The notes beneath the pieces are model-generated. The model worked only from the letters and a program-made list of their open reading frames with translations. It was not told the origin of the DNA and ran no database searches. From a virus (taxonomy: Duplodnaviria; Caudoviricetes), in the IMG/VR virus record IMGVR_UViG_3300022660_000065, positions 1 through 64,000 of that record: DNA of 64,000 nucleotides. One strand, given 5' to 3'. The stretch's first letter is position 1. Each line of letters begins with the position of its first letter. Positions 38,616 through 48,458 of the stretch are shown here, in pieces. The position numbers were made by a program, and so were the translations under genes.

Positions 38616-40679
38616 ATGATGGCTAATAAGAATAGAAACATATTTTCGGGCTTGAATGACGTTCTTTTTGGTAGTTCCATACCAAAAGAATTTAAGAAAA
38701 CGACAACATATAATATCGGTAATTCAAACCCAGTTCTTTATTCAACCAATAGTAGAGAGGATTATGAACAGAAGAAACTTCAATTGAGGCAACAAAAACT
38801 CCTTTCCTATCAATGGGTGAAATCAGGCGTGGATAACATGCAGGATTCCCTTGCAGGTCTCACAAGTGTAAAACTTATGTACAGGGATGCTGACCTTATG
38901 TGCTCAGATACATATATTTCAAGTGCATTGGAGATTGTATCGGATGAGGCTTGCTGTATCAATTCCAAAGGAAAGATGCTTAATATCTATTCAAAATCAG
39001 AAAGAATAAAAGCAGTTCTTGAGGATTTGTTTGTTAACAGATTGGATGTTAATACAATACTTCCTGCAATATGTTATAACATGTTGAAATACGGTAACGA
39101 ATATATGCTCTTTAACCTTAATATTGAAGAGGGTATTACAGGATGGAGAGAGATACCACCATATGATATGGAACGTTATGAAAACGGTATGGATAGTCCT
39201 TATGTTGCACCCGCCAATTTGGTTCATGGTAATGGTTTAAAACCAGAAGAAACTAAATTTGTGCGTGTAGGTAAGAATGAAAGTCTTCCTTATAGGAGTT
39301 GGCAAATCGCCCATTTCCGTTATTTAACCGACACATTTTTCCTCCCTTATGGAGTTTCTTATATACATAAGGCACGTAGGGCTTGGAGAATGTTGTCAAT
39401 GATGGAAGACTCAATGTTGATATATCGTCTCGACAAAAGTGTTGAAAGAAGGGTATTCAAAATATATGTGGGCGCAATTGATGAACAGGATGTTCCTGCT
39501 TATGTACAGGATGTTGCTAACAATTTCAAACGCACACCGCTTATTGACCCCGCAACAGGACAACTCGACCTTAAAAAGGGGTATGCTGATGTGACTTCAG
39601 ATTATTTCATCCCTGTCCGTTCTGAGAACGCCCCTAACCCAATTGAAACTCTTCCAAGTGCACAGAACAACACACAGATGGATGATATTGAATATATGAA
39701 GAATAAGGTTCTTGCAGCACTTCGATTGCCTAAAACTTTCTTGAATTTCCAAGAAGCACAAGGAAAGGGGCAAAATCTTTCTATCATGGATATTCGTTTC
39801 TGTAGAATGGTTAATAGGGTACAGCAATTCCTTATTATGGAGTTGAATAAGATTGCCATTACCCATCTATATCTTCTTGGTTTTGAAGATGACCTTACCA
39901 ATTTCTCAATTACAATGAATAACCCATCGCCTCAGATAGAAGCACAGGAACTTGAAGATATTACTAAGAGGGCGACTGTGGCACAACAACTTCTTTCAGA
40001 CCCAGGTAATGGAATCCAAATGTGGAGTCTTCATAGAGTTCTTAAAGAAATCATGAAGATGACAGATAAGGAAATTGCCGACAACCTTAATGAGATACGT
40101 CTTGAAAAGGCTCTTGCTGCGGAACTTATGAAGACAGAACAGATTATTAAGAGAACAGGCCTCTTCGACCCTATTGATAATATCTATGGCGAAATTGATG
40201 CTGAATATCAGGAAGGTAACCCTCAGGAAGGTGGTGGCATGGGTGCCGGTGGAGCCATGGGAGGCGGTGGATTCGGTGCAGGCCTTGGTGGTGGAATGGA
40301 TGACATTGGAAGCGATGTTGACAGTCTCGGTGCCCCGGGAGCCGATACAAGTGGCGATATAGGCGGCGAAACAGGGACAGTTGATATGGGGGGAGCCGCT
40401 GCCGCTGATGCAGGAAATGCCACAATGGAAAACACAACAAAAAACAAGAATCTAATTCTCGAAAACATTTTTATGGGAAAGCATGATATCAAGAAATCGG
40501 TAATTAATGAATATATTAACCGCCTTAAAGAAAATGATATTGATGAAAACGAAAAGATGAACACCCGTGTTGATTTTGTCAGTGAAAATCTTATTCTAAA
40601 TGAAACAACCCAATCACTTTTAGATGGGCTTTCCAAAAGATTGAATGAGATTGATAAGGAAGGTGATAATGTTCTTTAA
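38616..40679 (+). CDS. portal protein (T4 gp20-like)
   Basis: IAHFR, PYGVSYI..ARR.W..L.MMED..LIYR...ERRVF.I.VG, DYFIP.R, IETLP, ALRLPK. Confidence 0.93.
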   Translation: MMANKNRNIFSGLNDVLFGSSIPKEFKKTTTYNIGNSNPVLYSTNSREDYEQKKLQLRQQKLLSYQWVKSGVDNMQDSLAGLTSVKLMYRDADLMCSDTYISSALEIVSDEACCINSKGKMLNIYSKSERIKAVLEDLFVNRLDVNTILPAICYNMLKYGNEYMLFNLNIEEGITGWREIPPYDMERYENGMDSPYVAPANLVHGNGLKPEETKFVRVGKNESLPYRSWQIAHFRYLTDTFFLPYGVSYIHKARRAWRMLSMMEDSMLIYRLDKSVERRVFKIYVGAIDEQDVPAYVQDVANNFKRTPLIDPATGQLDLKKGYADVTSDYFIPVRSENAPNPIETLPSAQNNTQMDDIEYMKNKVLAALRLPKTFLNFQEAQGKGQNLSIMDIRFCRMVNRVQQFLIMELNKIAITHLYLLGFEDDLTNFSITMNNPSPQIEAQELEDITKRATVAQQLLSDPGNGIQMWSLHRVLKEIMKMTDKEIADNLNEIRLEKALAAELMKTEQIIKRTGLFDPIDNIYGEIDAEYQEGNPQEGGGMGAGGAMGGGGFGAGLGGGMDDIGSDVDSLGAPGADTSGDIGGETGTVDMGGAAAADAGNATMENTTKNKNLILENIFMGKHDIKKSVINEYINRLKENDIDENEKMNTRVDFVSENLILNETTQSLLDGLSKRLNEIDKEGDNVL

Positions 40680-40715
40680 CAGACTATTTATTGTAAATTA
40701 AAAACGAAATTCATT

Positions 40716-41630
40716 ATGAAAAAAAACATATTATACGAATCAGTATCTAATGTCAACGACCTCGATACCCTTAATGAAATGAAAAACAAATTCATCTCTC
40801 TTTGCGAAAAGAGAGAAAAAGAGTTAAATGTTATTGCAGAGGCTGAAAATCTTAATACAAACTCATTTCTTTTTATTAAAGAAAGTTTTGCGAGTCTTTG
40901 CCCATCACTTATTAAAACAAAAAAAGGGGCTGCACTTATTAAAAAATATGTCAAGGAACATAAAGAAAATAAAGACCTTCGGAAAATGTTCAACATTTAT
41001 GAGAATATCACATCAATTGATAACACCATCAATGTTGAAACATTCGTGAATGAAATGAAAACAATGGTGGGAGACCTTGATTTTGACTCTTTAAATGAGG
41101 GTATTTCACGTTTAAATACAATTTTGAAGCAAGGATACATTGAAGTTGGAGAAGAGGCTAAAAACGCCGTTTCTGCACATAATAACAGGGTATTGGATGA
41201 ATCAGTAAACTATGTCTTCGGAAATACCAAGAAACTCGACAACATGGCCCGTTATAATCTATGTGTTAATGAGATTAAAAAATTTGTTGCTGAAAACAAG
41301 ATAAATCCTCTTTCATTCAAGAGCAATACCAATTTAGATAATCTTGTTGAAGAATTTAACAATCGTTTTTCCGCAGATATAATTGGAGAGAAGAATTTTG
41401 CTCTCATTAAGGAAATTCATGAATGTGAGAATAAAAACGAGATTTTTGAAAAGTATAAGAACGAGTGTATTAACAAAATTAACGAAGCAATTAATGCTAA
41501 CATCAGTCAGGAAACATGTAATCAACTCGTTGAATTCAGAACTCGCCTAACAAAAAAAGAATACAACCCTGAAACTTTGGGAATGGATATCACAAATTTC
41601 ATTGAACTTGGAGAAACTGTTTCAGAATAA
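40716..41630 (+). CDS. hypothetical late protein
   Basis: 304 aa, late motif 40682-40691. Confidence 0.7.
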   Translation: MKKNILYESVSNVNDLDTLNEMKNKFISLCEKREKELNVIAEAENLNTNSFLFIKESFASLCPSLIKTKKGAALIKKYVKEHKENKDLRKMFNIYENITSIDNTINVETFVNEMKTMVGDLDFDSLNEGISRLNTILKQGYIEVGEEAKNAVSAHNNRVLDESVNYVFGNTKKLDNMARYNLCVNEIKKFVAENKINPLSFKSNTNLDNLVEEFNNRFSADIIGEKNFALIKEIHECENKNEIFEKYKNECINKINEAINANISQETCNQLVEFRTRLTKKEYNPETLGMDITNFIELGETVSE

Positions 41631-41632
41631 AG

Positions 41633-41659
41633 AAAAGCCTGAGAAAATCTCAGGCTTTT
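41633..41659. terminator. bidirectional terminator
   Basis: AAAAGCCTGAGA-aaa-TCTCAGGCTTTT between convergent genes. Confidence 0.8.
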
Positions 41660-42052
41660 TTATTTTATATAAATTTTTAAATCTTCTGATATCGGAACGA
41701 TAAGTTTTCCTTGCGGAAAATCCACACCTTCCTCAGTAAGATTTCCGTGGAAATCTATCGTAAACTGCCCCTTATATACCCCGCTTTCCTTTGTATCACG
41801 TTCTCTCCAACGATATTCAATTACATATTTTTCTTCACATCCATCTGTTTTTGCGAGAATAACATTACAAGGCGCTTTAGATATTTTCAATACATCAGTA
41901 TCTACATTCCACATTGAAAATGTTATTGTAGCATCCTGTAATGATTTATTAATGATATCCGATTTAAGGAAATCAGTTCTTCCATCATTTATTAATTCAA
42001 TTCTGAGGTACGGAGCGGTAGCCCCCTTTATAATAAAAAATTCTTGATTCAT
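41660..42052 (-). CDS. Ig-like/BppU-N-like structural protein (tentative)
   Basis: FFIIKGATAPYLRIEL...YRW...DT..SG.YKGQFTIDF; late motif 42069-42079. Confidence 0.5.
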   Translation of the reverse strand: MNQEFFIIKGATAPYLRIELINDGRTDFLKSDIINKSLQDATITFSMWNVDTDVLKISKAPCNVILAKTDGCEEKYVIEYRWRERDTKESGVYKGQFTIDFHGNLTEEGVDFPQGKLIVPISEDLKIYIK

Positions 42053-42513
42053 GCCAATATATTTTCCTTATAAATAGTTTTCTTCTCAGGTTTATTGATT
42101 GCAAAGCCACTGTAATTGATTGTCTTCTTAAATTCTTTGAATAATTTTGGTGACAGTGAAATTGTTTCATCAAGAAGTTCTGAAGCGGTAGCACCTTTTG
42201 TTTGCTTTAAATGACATTGAACCGATAGATAAGATTTCTTACCAATTTTCATTCGTTCATAAGGTATTTCAACAGAACAGATATAATTCTTTTCAAAAAT
42301 AGGATTTTGATTAATGAAATTTTTTATATTATCATTAATTGATTTTTCCATGAAATCAGTATCCTCTTTATATTCATCTTTCTGCTGAAACGGAGTAACA
42401 AATACCCCGGTTTCAATATACACACTTGTGGGTTTTTCCCTATTAAGCATACCTATTTTAATTTTGAATCCGTCATCTTCAAATTTCTTTTCAATACCCA
42501 AACGTTTAGCCAT
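42049..42513 (-). CDS. hypothetical protein
   Basis: 154-aa ATG ORF. Confidence 0.7.
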   Translation of the reverse strand: MAKRLGIEKKFEDDGFKIKIGMLNREKPTSVYIETGVFVTPFQQKDEYKEDTDFMEKSINDNIKNFINQNPIFEKNYICSVEIPYERMKIGKKSYLSVQCHLKQTKGATASELLDETISLSPKLFKEFKKTINYSGFAINKPEKKTIYKENILA

Positions 42514-42712
42514 CTTAAAAATATATTTCCCTATTAATATAGGGAAATATATTCAAAAAGTCAAGAGGTAATAATGGAAAATTTAAAAAAAATGAAGGGA
42601 GGTCTTCTTCATGAAGAGCCTCCCCAGTCTTAATACGTAAGTATTTGACCTCAGCCAATCTGAGATTTAACTATGTTGTTAGTGTGCGTAAGTATTTTCG
42701 TATATACGAAGC

Positions 42713-43438
42713 CTACTCACCAAAATAGTTCAGAATTGTGTTGATAATCGGATTTCTAACCACATCTTCTTCCCCGAATTCAACGATTCCCATTCTATCA
42801 TCAGGGTATTCTTTAACTTTTTCAATTATATAATTGAGTCCTGATGTTTCCTTTTTAAGTTTTGGGTGGTCAATTTGGTCTGTATCACCCATTATAATAA
42901 ATTTTGCATTATATGATATTCTTGTCAACAAGGTTTTCATCCCCCGTATTGTTAGATTTTGCATTTCATCGCCCAAAACAATACAGTTTTTGAGATTTAC
43001 GCCTCTTAAAAAAGATATTGGCATGTATTCTATATAACCTTGTTCAAATAACTTTTCTCTACTTCCTTTCCCAATTAACTCATCTATAACAATTTGAAAA
43101 CTCATCATACTTGGATAGAGTTTCTCATTCACAGTTCCCGGTAACAAACCCAAAGGTTCTTCACTCTGTATTGAACTTGTTACAAGATATATTTTTTCAA
43201 ATTCTTCTTTTTCTTTTAAAAGTTCCAAGGCCTTGCAAACAGCGACGTAAGTTTTCCCACAGCCCGCTTTACCTTTCACAAACACCATTTCAACATTATC
43301 ATTATCAATGAGGTTTGCATAGTCCTTCTGTTTCTTGTTCTTGCACTTTAATCTCACCTTATAGGGGAGTTTCTTTTGAGGGATGTAGAGTTCTTCCTCG
43401 TTTGGTAACACCACCTCAGTCTTCTTTTTCTTTCCCAT
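42713..43438 (-). CDS. phoH: PhoH-family ATPase
   Basis: GKAGCGKT, GLLPGT..EKLYP, PISFLRG, GDEMQN, GDTDQID, VVRNP; ATG at 43438 likely. Confidence 0.92.
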   Translation of the reverse strand: MGKKKKTEVVLPNEEELYIPQKKLPYKVRLKCKNKKQKDYANLIDNDNVEMVFVKGKAGCGKTYVAVCKALELLKEKEEFEKIYLVTSSIQSEEPLGLLPGTVNEKLYPSMMSFQIVIDELIGKGSREKLFEQGYIEYMPISFLRGVNLKNCIVLGDEMQNLTIRGMKTLLTRISYNAKFIIMGDTDQIDHPKLKKETSGLNYIIEKVKEYPDDRMGIVEFGEEDVVRNPIINTILNYFGE

Positions 43439-43593
43439 TAAAAATTGGTTTCTGTCAATTATTTTGTTTATTCCGGAATAATTGCTTCTGATAATAAATA
43501 TCATATATTGATTGAATATTTTGTCATGGAAGATATCAAAAACAAAGAAAAAAGTTCCTATTTTACCTAACTATTTATATATAAATTACTTGA

Positions 43594-44988
43594 TTGGTTA
43601 TGATAAAACACACTTTTTTAGATAAATGTTGTACCATTGTCATGGGTTCTGATTTGAACACAGGATTGAACCCTGTTGCTGAATTGAATTGTGGTAATGG
43701 CGTGTCGAGGGCGTTAATTCATTTTGATATTGAAGGGCTTAAAAAAATGGAAAAAGAGAAACGTTTTCCAAATAGAAACAGCCTTAAACACATATTACAC
43801 CTTACCAATTGTGGTTCTGTAAATAATGATGTTCATAATCAAACCCTCACCTCATCAGGATGTATATCTAAAGAAAGAGCAACTTCATTCGATGTTATTT
43901 TATTTAAAGTTCCAATGGAATGGGATAATGGTAAAGGCGTTGATTTTAAAACTGATTTTTGGATAACTGACAATCATAAATATTCAACATCCGGTTGTAA
44001 TTGGTTTCAACCTAAAAACGGCTATTTGTGGGAAGAAGAAGGAATATATACCTCTCATAACCTTTCACTTGAATATGATAAGTTTTCAGCAGGTGAGGAT
44101 AGTCTGATTATATCCAGACAACATTTTGATATTGGTAATGAAAATTTTACTTTCGATATTACTGATTATGTAAATGACCTTATTGATGAAAAAGAAGAAA
44201 ATTACGGTCTCTGTCTTGCTTTTTCACCATTAGCGGAAATGAGTGAAACTGAGAAAACACAATATATTGGTTTCTTTGGGCCTTATACCAATACTTTTTT
44301 CCACCCATACCTTGAAACAACATATTACGAACCGATAAAAGACAATAGGAATAACTTCCATATTGGTGCTTTAAATCGTCTTTATTTCTATTGCGATGGT
44401 TTCAATTTGGATGAAATGCCAGTGTGCAAAATTGAGGGACTTAATGAGGCAATCAAGGTATATCAACAAACAACAGGGGTGTATTACGCTGAACTTGTAA
44501 TACCGATGGAATATGTTGAAGAAAATACAATTATGTACGACATATGGGATAATATCATCATAGAAGGAAAACTCCAACCATCATTTGAAAATGAATTCGT
44601 TGTTTTAGGCCCTAAAAAATTGTTCGGACACAGGGGTAACAATGAAGGTACATACATACCTTATACAACAGGTATTAACGATGATGAAAAATTGGCAATA
44701 GGAGAAACGAGGGAGGTTGAAATTACGTTCCGTAAAAAGTATTCAACCAATGAATATAAAGTATTTGATGATTCAGAATATCGTTTATACTGTATGGATG
44801 GCAGCAAAGAACTCATTGTTTTTGACTGGCAGCCGATAGACTCATACCCTTCATCCAATAGTTTCATGTTAGACACGAATAACTTGATACCAAATAGGTA
44901 TATTGTTGACATCAGAAAAGGAAACGATTATTTCAAGGATGTACTACGTTTTGAAGTGGTAAGCAACGTCAATAACAAATACATTTAA
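43594..44988 (+). CDS. putative structural protein (DNRLRE-like N-terminal domain, tentative)
   Basis: NTGLNPVAEL...SRALIHFD; beta-rich; late motif 43569-43579. Confidence 0.55.
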   Translation: MVMIKHTFLDKCCTIVMGSDLNTGLNPVAELNCGNGVSRALIHFDIEGLKKMEKEKRFPNRNSLKHILHLTNCGSVNNDVHNQTLTSSGCISKERATSFDVILFKVPMEWDNGKGVDFKTDFWITDNHKYSTSGCNWFQPKNGYLWEEEGIYTSHNLSLEYDKFSAGEDSLIISRQHFDIGNENFTFDITDYVNDLIDEKEENYGLCLAFSPLAEMSETEKTQYIGFFGPYTNTFFHPYLETTYYEPIKDNRNNFHIGALNRLYFYCDGFNLDEMPVCKIEGLNEAIKVYQQTTGVYYAELVIPMEYVEENTIMYDIWDNIIIEGKLQPSFENEFVVLGPKKLFGHRGNNEGTYIPYTTGINDDEKLAIGETREVEITFRKKYSTNEYKVFDDSEYRLYCMDGSKELIVFDWQPIDSYPSSNSFMLDTNNLIPNRYIVDIRKGNDYFKDVLRFEVVSNVNNKYI

Positions 44989-44999
44989 AAATAAATCAT

Positions 45000-46436
45000 A
45001 TGAGACTTACCCAAAATGATATAAGATATATAATTAACGAATCATCGAAAAGAATCCTTAATGAAATTAGCATTAAGGATTCCTATTTGCGTTTCTATCA
45101 AGATATAAAACAAACTGTTTTCAATTTAATTGTTGGAAAACTTAATGGAGGTACTTTAAACTATAATAACAATGCTGTTTTATTACCCGAAACAAAATGG
45201 GCTTTGCAGATATATAGAAAAAGTGGAGATATTGAAAAAGAAAGATTCCTTGAAGATATATACAAATTAAAAAATTCCGATGGGACAGGTTATCTTGACA
45301 TATTCATTCGTTTAAAAAACAGAAGAATGATATCAGGACCTGATGCAGACCTTAACAAATATAAAACAATCGGCGAACTTGGAAGATTTGTTAATTCTTT
45401 TGATTTAGATACTGTAATGGATAGGACTAAGGGTGAGATGTCAAATGCCGTTAATTCAGCAGCAAACGATATTGAAATCCCCTATGAGGATGAGGTTTGG
45501 AAAGTTGTTATTCCAAAAACATATGAGGCGTCATGCTATTGGGGAAAGGGTAGTGAATGGTGCACCGCAACAAGAGAAACTGATAAATATTACCGTACAT
45601 ATTCAAGCCAAGGCCCGCTTTATATAAACATTAATAAAACAAATTCAGCCGAAAAATATCAGTTTCATTTCGAATCAAAACAATTCATGGATATAGACGA
45701 TGTTGAAATTGATACCCCTATTTTTACTACTATAGGCGCTACCGAGGGTCTTATTAACTTTTACTCCAAAATACGTTCTGCAGATGATATAATGAATATG
45801 AAATATGAGCCACTTGGTGATGGGTGTTGGTTAATAGAAAAGAAGGGGAAATATAATATAATTAATAAAGAGCAATATCCGTTGTGCGATTTATGGTTTG
45901 ATGATATGGGCTACTTCTATGGTGGATACATGAAAATTCGTATCGGCGCAGCGATAAACTATATTAATACCCAAGGAGATATATTAAGTGAAGAATGGTT
46001 TGATACCTGCACCAATTTTTCAAGGGGATGGGCAGGAGTCGGTAAGAAAATAGGAAATCGGACATTGTGGAATGTACTGTTTGATGATGGAACAATCGGT
46101 TGTGACTTCATGTGGTTTGATAACATTATAGGAATGAATCATTTATTGGGAAAATGTGAAAAAGATGGTATATTTCTTAATTTATATAAAGACAAACGAC
46201 TTGTTGGTGCGAATAAAAACCATATAATAGCAATCAATTCTCTTGAGGAATTTTACACATATCGTAAATATATTTTTAAGGAGTATGTTAGAATGCGTAA
46301 AGAGGCTGAGGAAATGATGATGAACAGAAATTTCCAAAATCTCGAATTTAAAGAAGTGTATACTACGGAGTACATACGTAGGTCTTTGGGAATCGCCCCT
46401 GACTACCATATTAAACAAAACGATTTAGAAAAATAA
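45000..46436 (+). CDS. leader-tagged protein with WC-motif domain and WG repeats
   Basis: MRLTQNDIRYIINESSKRILNE; ASCYWGKGSEWCTA...YYRTY..QGPLY; WFD..F..GW repeats. Confidence 0.75.
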   Translation: MRLTQNDIRYIINESSKRILNEISIKDSYLRFYQDIKQTVFNLIVGKLNGGTLNYNNNAVLLPETKWALQIYRKSGDIEKERFLEDIYKLKNSDGTGYLDIFIRLKNRRMISGPDADLNKYKTIGELGRFVNSFDLDTVMDRTKGEMSNAVNSAANDIEIPYEDEVWKVVIPKTYEASCYWGKGSEWCTATRETDKYYRTYSSQGPLYININKTNSAEKYQFHFESKQFMDIDDVEIDTPIFTTIGATEGLINFYSKIRSADDIMNMKYEPLGDGCWLIEKKGKYNIINKEQYPLCDLWFDDMGYFYGGYMKIRIGAAINYINTQGDILSEEWFDTCTNFSRGWAGVGKKIGNRTLWNVLFDDGTIGCDFMWFDNIIGMNHLLGKCEKDGIFLNLYKDKRLVGANKNHIIAINSLEEFYTYRKYIFKEYVRMRKEAEEMMMNRNFQNLEFKEVYTTEYIRRSLGIAPDYHIKQNDLEK

Positions 46437-46459
46437 AGGTTGGCCATTGGCCAACCTTT
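46435..46459. terminator. bidirectional hairpin/terminator
   Basis: AAAGGTTGGCCA-t-TGGCCAACCTTT between convergent genes. Confidence 0.7.
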
Positions 46460-46463
46460 GAAT

Positions 46464-47126
46464 TTAAAATGGAAGTTCATCACCATTTAAACGCATTTTC
46501 TCATTTTCTTCCTTTATTTGTTTTAATATTTTTATCCTCCAATCAATAATATCATTTAATTTGGATAAAAATATTTCATAATCCATCTTTAATTCTTCAG
46601 CCATTGTCTGCATTAATAGTCTGAAATTGAAAGTTGTATGTTTTTCAAAAAGAACATCAAACTTATACGCAAAACTGTGTTCATAGAACATTTTTTCCTC
46701 CACAATTAGACGAGTTTCTTCATTATCATCAACACATTTTTTAAGTTTTTCATCATCAGATAATACGTTTGTCAGCATATAGCCTGCGAAATAATAATCA
46801 GCCCACGCTGTTTTTTCTTCTTTAGTAAGTTTTTCATTGCCCATAACACGATAGAAAATCTGTTCATCGAAATGAGTATCATCAAATGCCATGATACCGT
46901 AAGTTTTCCACAAGTATGCAAGGAGAACCGTGAAATCTGAGCCACAGTATCGCGCAATTGTCAAATAATCATCATCTTCAGTTGAATATAAAGTCAGTTG
47001 GCTATCACCGTATGCGATATACGGAAGAATTTCCCCTGATTCATTTTTTGGGGTTATAACCAAATTTTCATCATTTTTTAATTCACCAAGTGTTCTAACA
47101 CGGTGAAAATATACATCAATTCCCAT
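46464..47126 (-). CDS. hypothetical protein
   Basis: 220-aa ATG ORF. Confidence 0.7.
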   Translation of the reverse strand: MGIDVYFHRVRTLGELKNDENLVITPKNESGEILPYIAYGDSQLTLYSTEDDDYLTIARYCGSDFTVLLAYLWKTYGIMAFDDTHFDEQIFYRVMGNEKLTKEEKTAWADYYFAGYMLTNVLSDDEKLKKCVDDNEETRLIVEEKMFYEHSFAYKFDVLFEKHTTFNFRLLMQTMAEELKMDYEIFLSKLNDIIDWRIKILKQIKEENEKMRLNGDELPF

Positions 47127-47152
47127 ATTTTTTTAAAAAAATATGGGAATTG
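47117..47152. repeat. perfect 36-bp palindrome spanning a start codon
   Basis: CAATTCCCATA-T7-A7-TATGGGAATTG. Confidence 0.85.
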
Positions 47153-47169
47153 AAACAAAATGTAAAGAA

Positions 47170-48057
47170 TTAGTTTATTCTCACGTTCTTACTTAGAATT
47201 TCATTAAGGTCGTAATTGAAGAAACTTTCATTTCCTGATGGGAGAATTGTTGGCATTCCCGGATATGGGTGAGCGTGTTCTTTAAACATCCTAAGGAAAT
47301 ATCTTAAAAACTCAACAAGCGTATCACCATATGGGAGGACATGTGCTTTTTTCATAATATTCTCCATTTCCTCATCACTTATGAGTTCTTCATTATCCAC
47401 AGTATTGAAATATGTTTTACCCTCATTTGATATAAGATTAATTTGGTCCGCCACAAGAGTCGCAGTACTATTATATTTGTGGTCAAACCCGGTGAGGTCA
47501 TTTTTAACGGTTTTAGGAGTCTCACTGTATTTCATTTTCAAATAAGCAGGAGAGATGCGATTAAAACTCTGCCCTATTAAAGAGTTTGCATCTTCGATTC
47601 TTGCACCGCAACGAATTCTGATATCATCCTCTTTCATGATAATATCGCACCCTTTACGACCATAAAAGCCTATATCTTCAGTATCACAAAAAGCCCCTTT
47701 TGAATCAGGTATTCTATCATGAGCAACTTCGGGTTTAATAAATGTGTCGGGATACATTGAAAGAGCCCCTTCTGAATACCCATCATAATTCATCATCTGA
47801 GGTTGCGATATAATTGGCCCAATATAATATCTATTGGTATTGCCATCATTGACGCCTGTTAGGAGAACCAATACAGCCTCCCCAACTTTAGGTATCACAT
47901 GAAATATTTTTGGAAGAAGAGGATAAGCATATGGTATCTCAGCAATTGTTTTTCTATCATCCTCAGGATATAAACGAACTTTAATTCTATCCCCCTTCTG
48001 TTCATCAGATACTGAGATTACTTCACATATCTTAATTATAATATTACCATTAATCAT
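47170..48057 (-). CDS. baseplate spike/hub protein (gp5/gpV-like OB fold)
   Basis: EVISV.D...RIKVR...P..GEAVLV...YYIG; C-terminal HAHPYPG metal-binding-like tip. Confidence 0.65.
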   Translation of the reverse strand: MINGNIIIKICEVISVSDEQKGDRIKVRLYPEDDRKTIAEIPYAYPLLPKIFHVIPKVGEAVLVLLTGVNDGNTNRYYIGPIISQPQMMNYDGYSEGALSMYPDTFIKPEVAHDRIPDSKGAFCDTEDIGFYGRKGCDIIMKEDDIRIRCGARIEDANSLIGQSFNRISPAYLKMKYSETPKTVKNDLTGFDHKYNSTATLVADQINLISNEGKTYFNTVDNEELISDEEMENIMKKAHVLPYGDTLVEFLRYFLRMFKEHAHPYPGMPTILPSGNESFFNYDLNEILSKNVRIN

Positions 48058-48458
48058 CGCATAATTCCATTTCCCGATACCGGCATTATATTATTCGAAG
48101 TTACTATCACAGGGCCTCCTGAATTAGCACCCGTACCTATTGTTGTAATTCCCCCAGGAGGTATTGCAATTTCAACTTTGCCTTCCATTTTAAGAGCATT
48201 AACAATTTCATCCGCAACAACATAAAACATTTGGTTCATTAGGTTGGGACTTCCATCAATATTAACCCCAACAGGGGCACCAAAGTCTTGTTGCCTTGTA
48301 ATGATTCGAGAGGCAATAAGCATTGGTGACAACCCCGGTCTTTTTATTGTTGAACAAATCAACATGATGGCGGGTACAGGAATGAGCGGAATGCTCATTT
48401 TATTCATTATAAACGATGAAACGTTTTGTATTATACTTGTGATACTCATATTTAACAA
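48054..48458 (-). CDS. hypothetical, probably structural
   Basis: Coupled to the spike-like gene. Confidence 0.65.
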   Translation of the reverse strand: MLNMSITSIIQNVSSFIMNKMSIPLIPVPAIMLICSTIKRPGLSPMLIASRIITRQQDFGAPVGVNIDGSPNLMNQMFYVVADEIVNALKMEGKVEIAIPPGGITTIGTGANSGGPVIVTSNNIMPVSGNGIMR

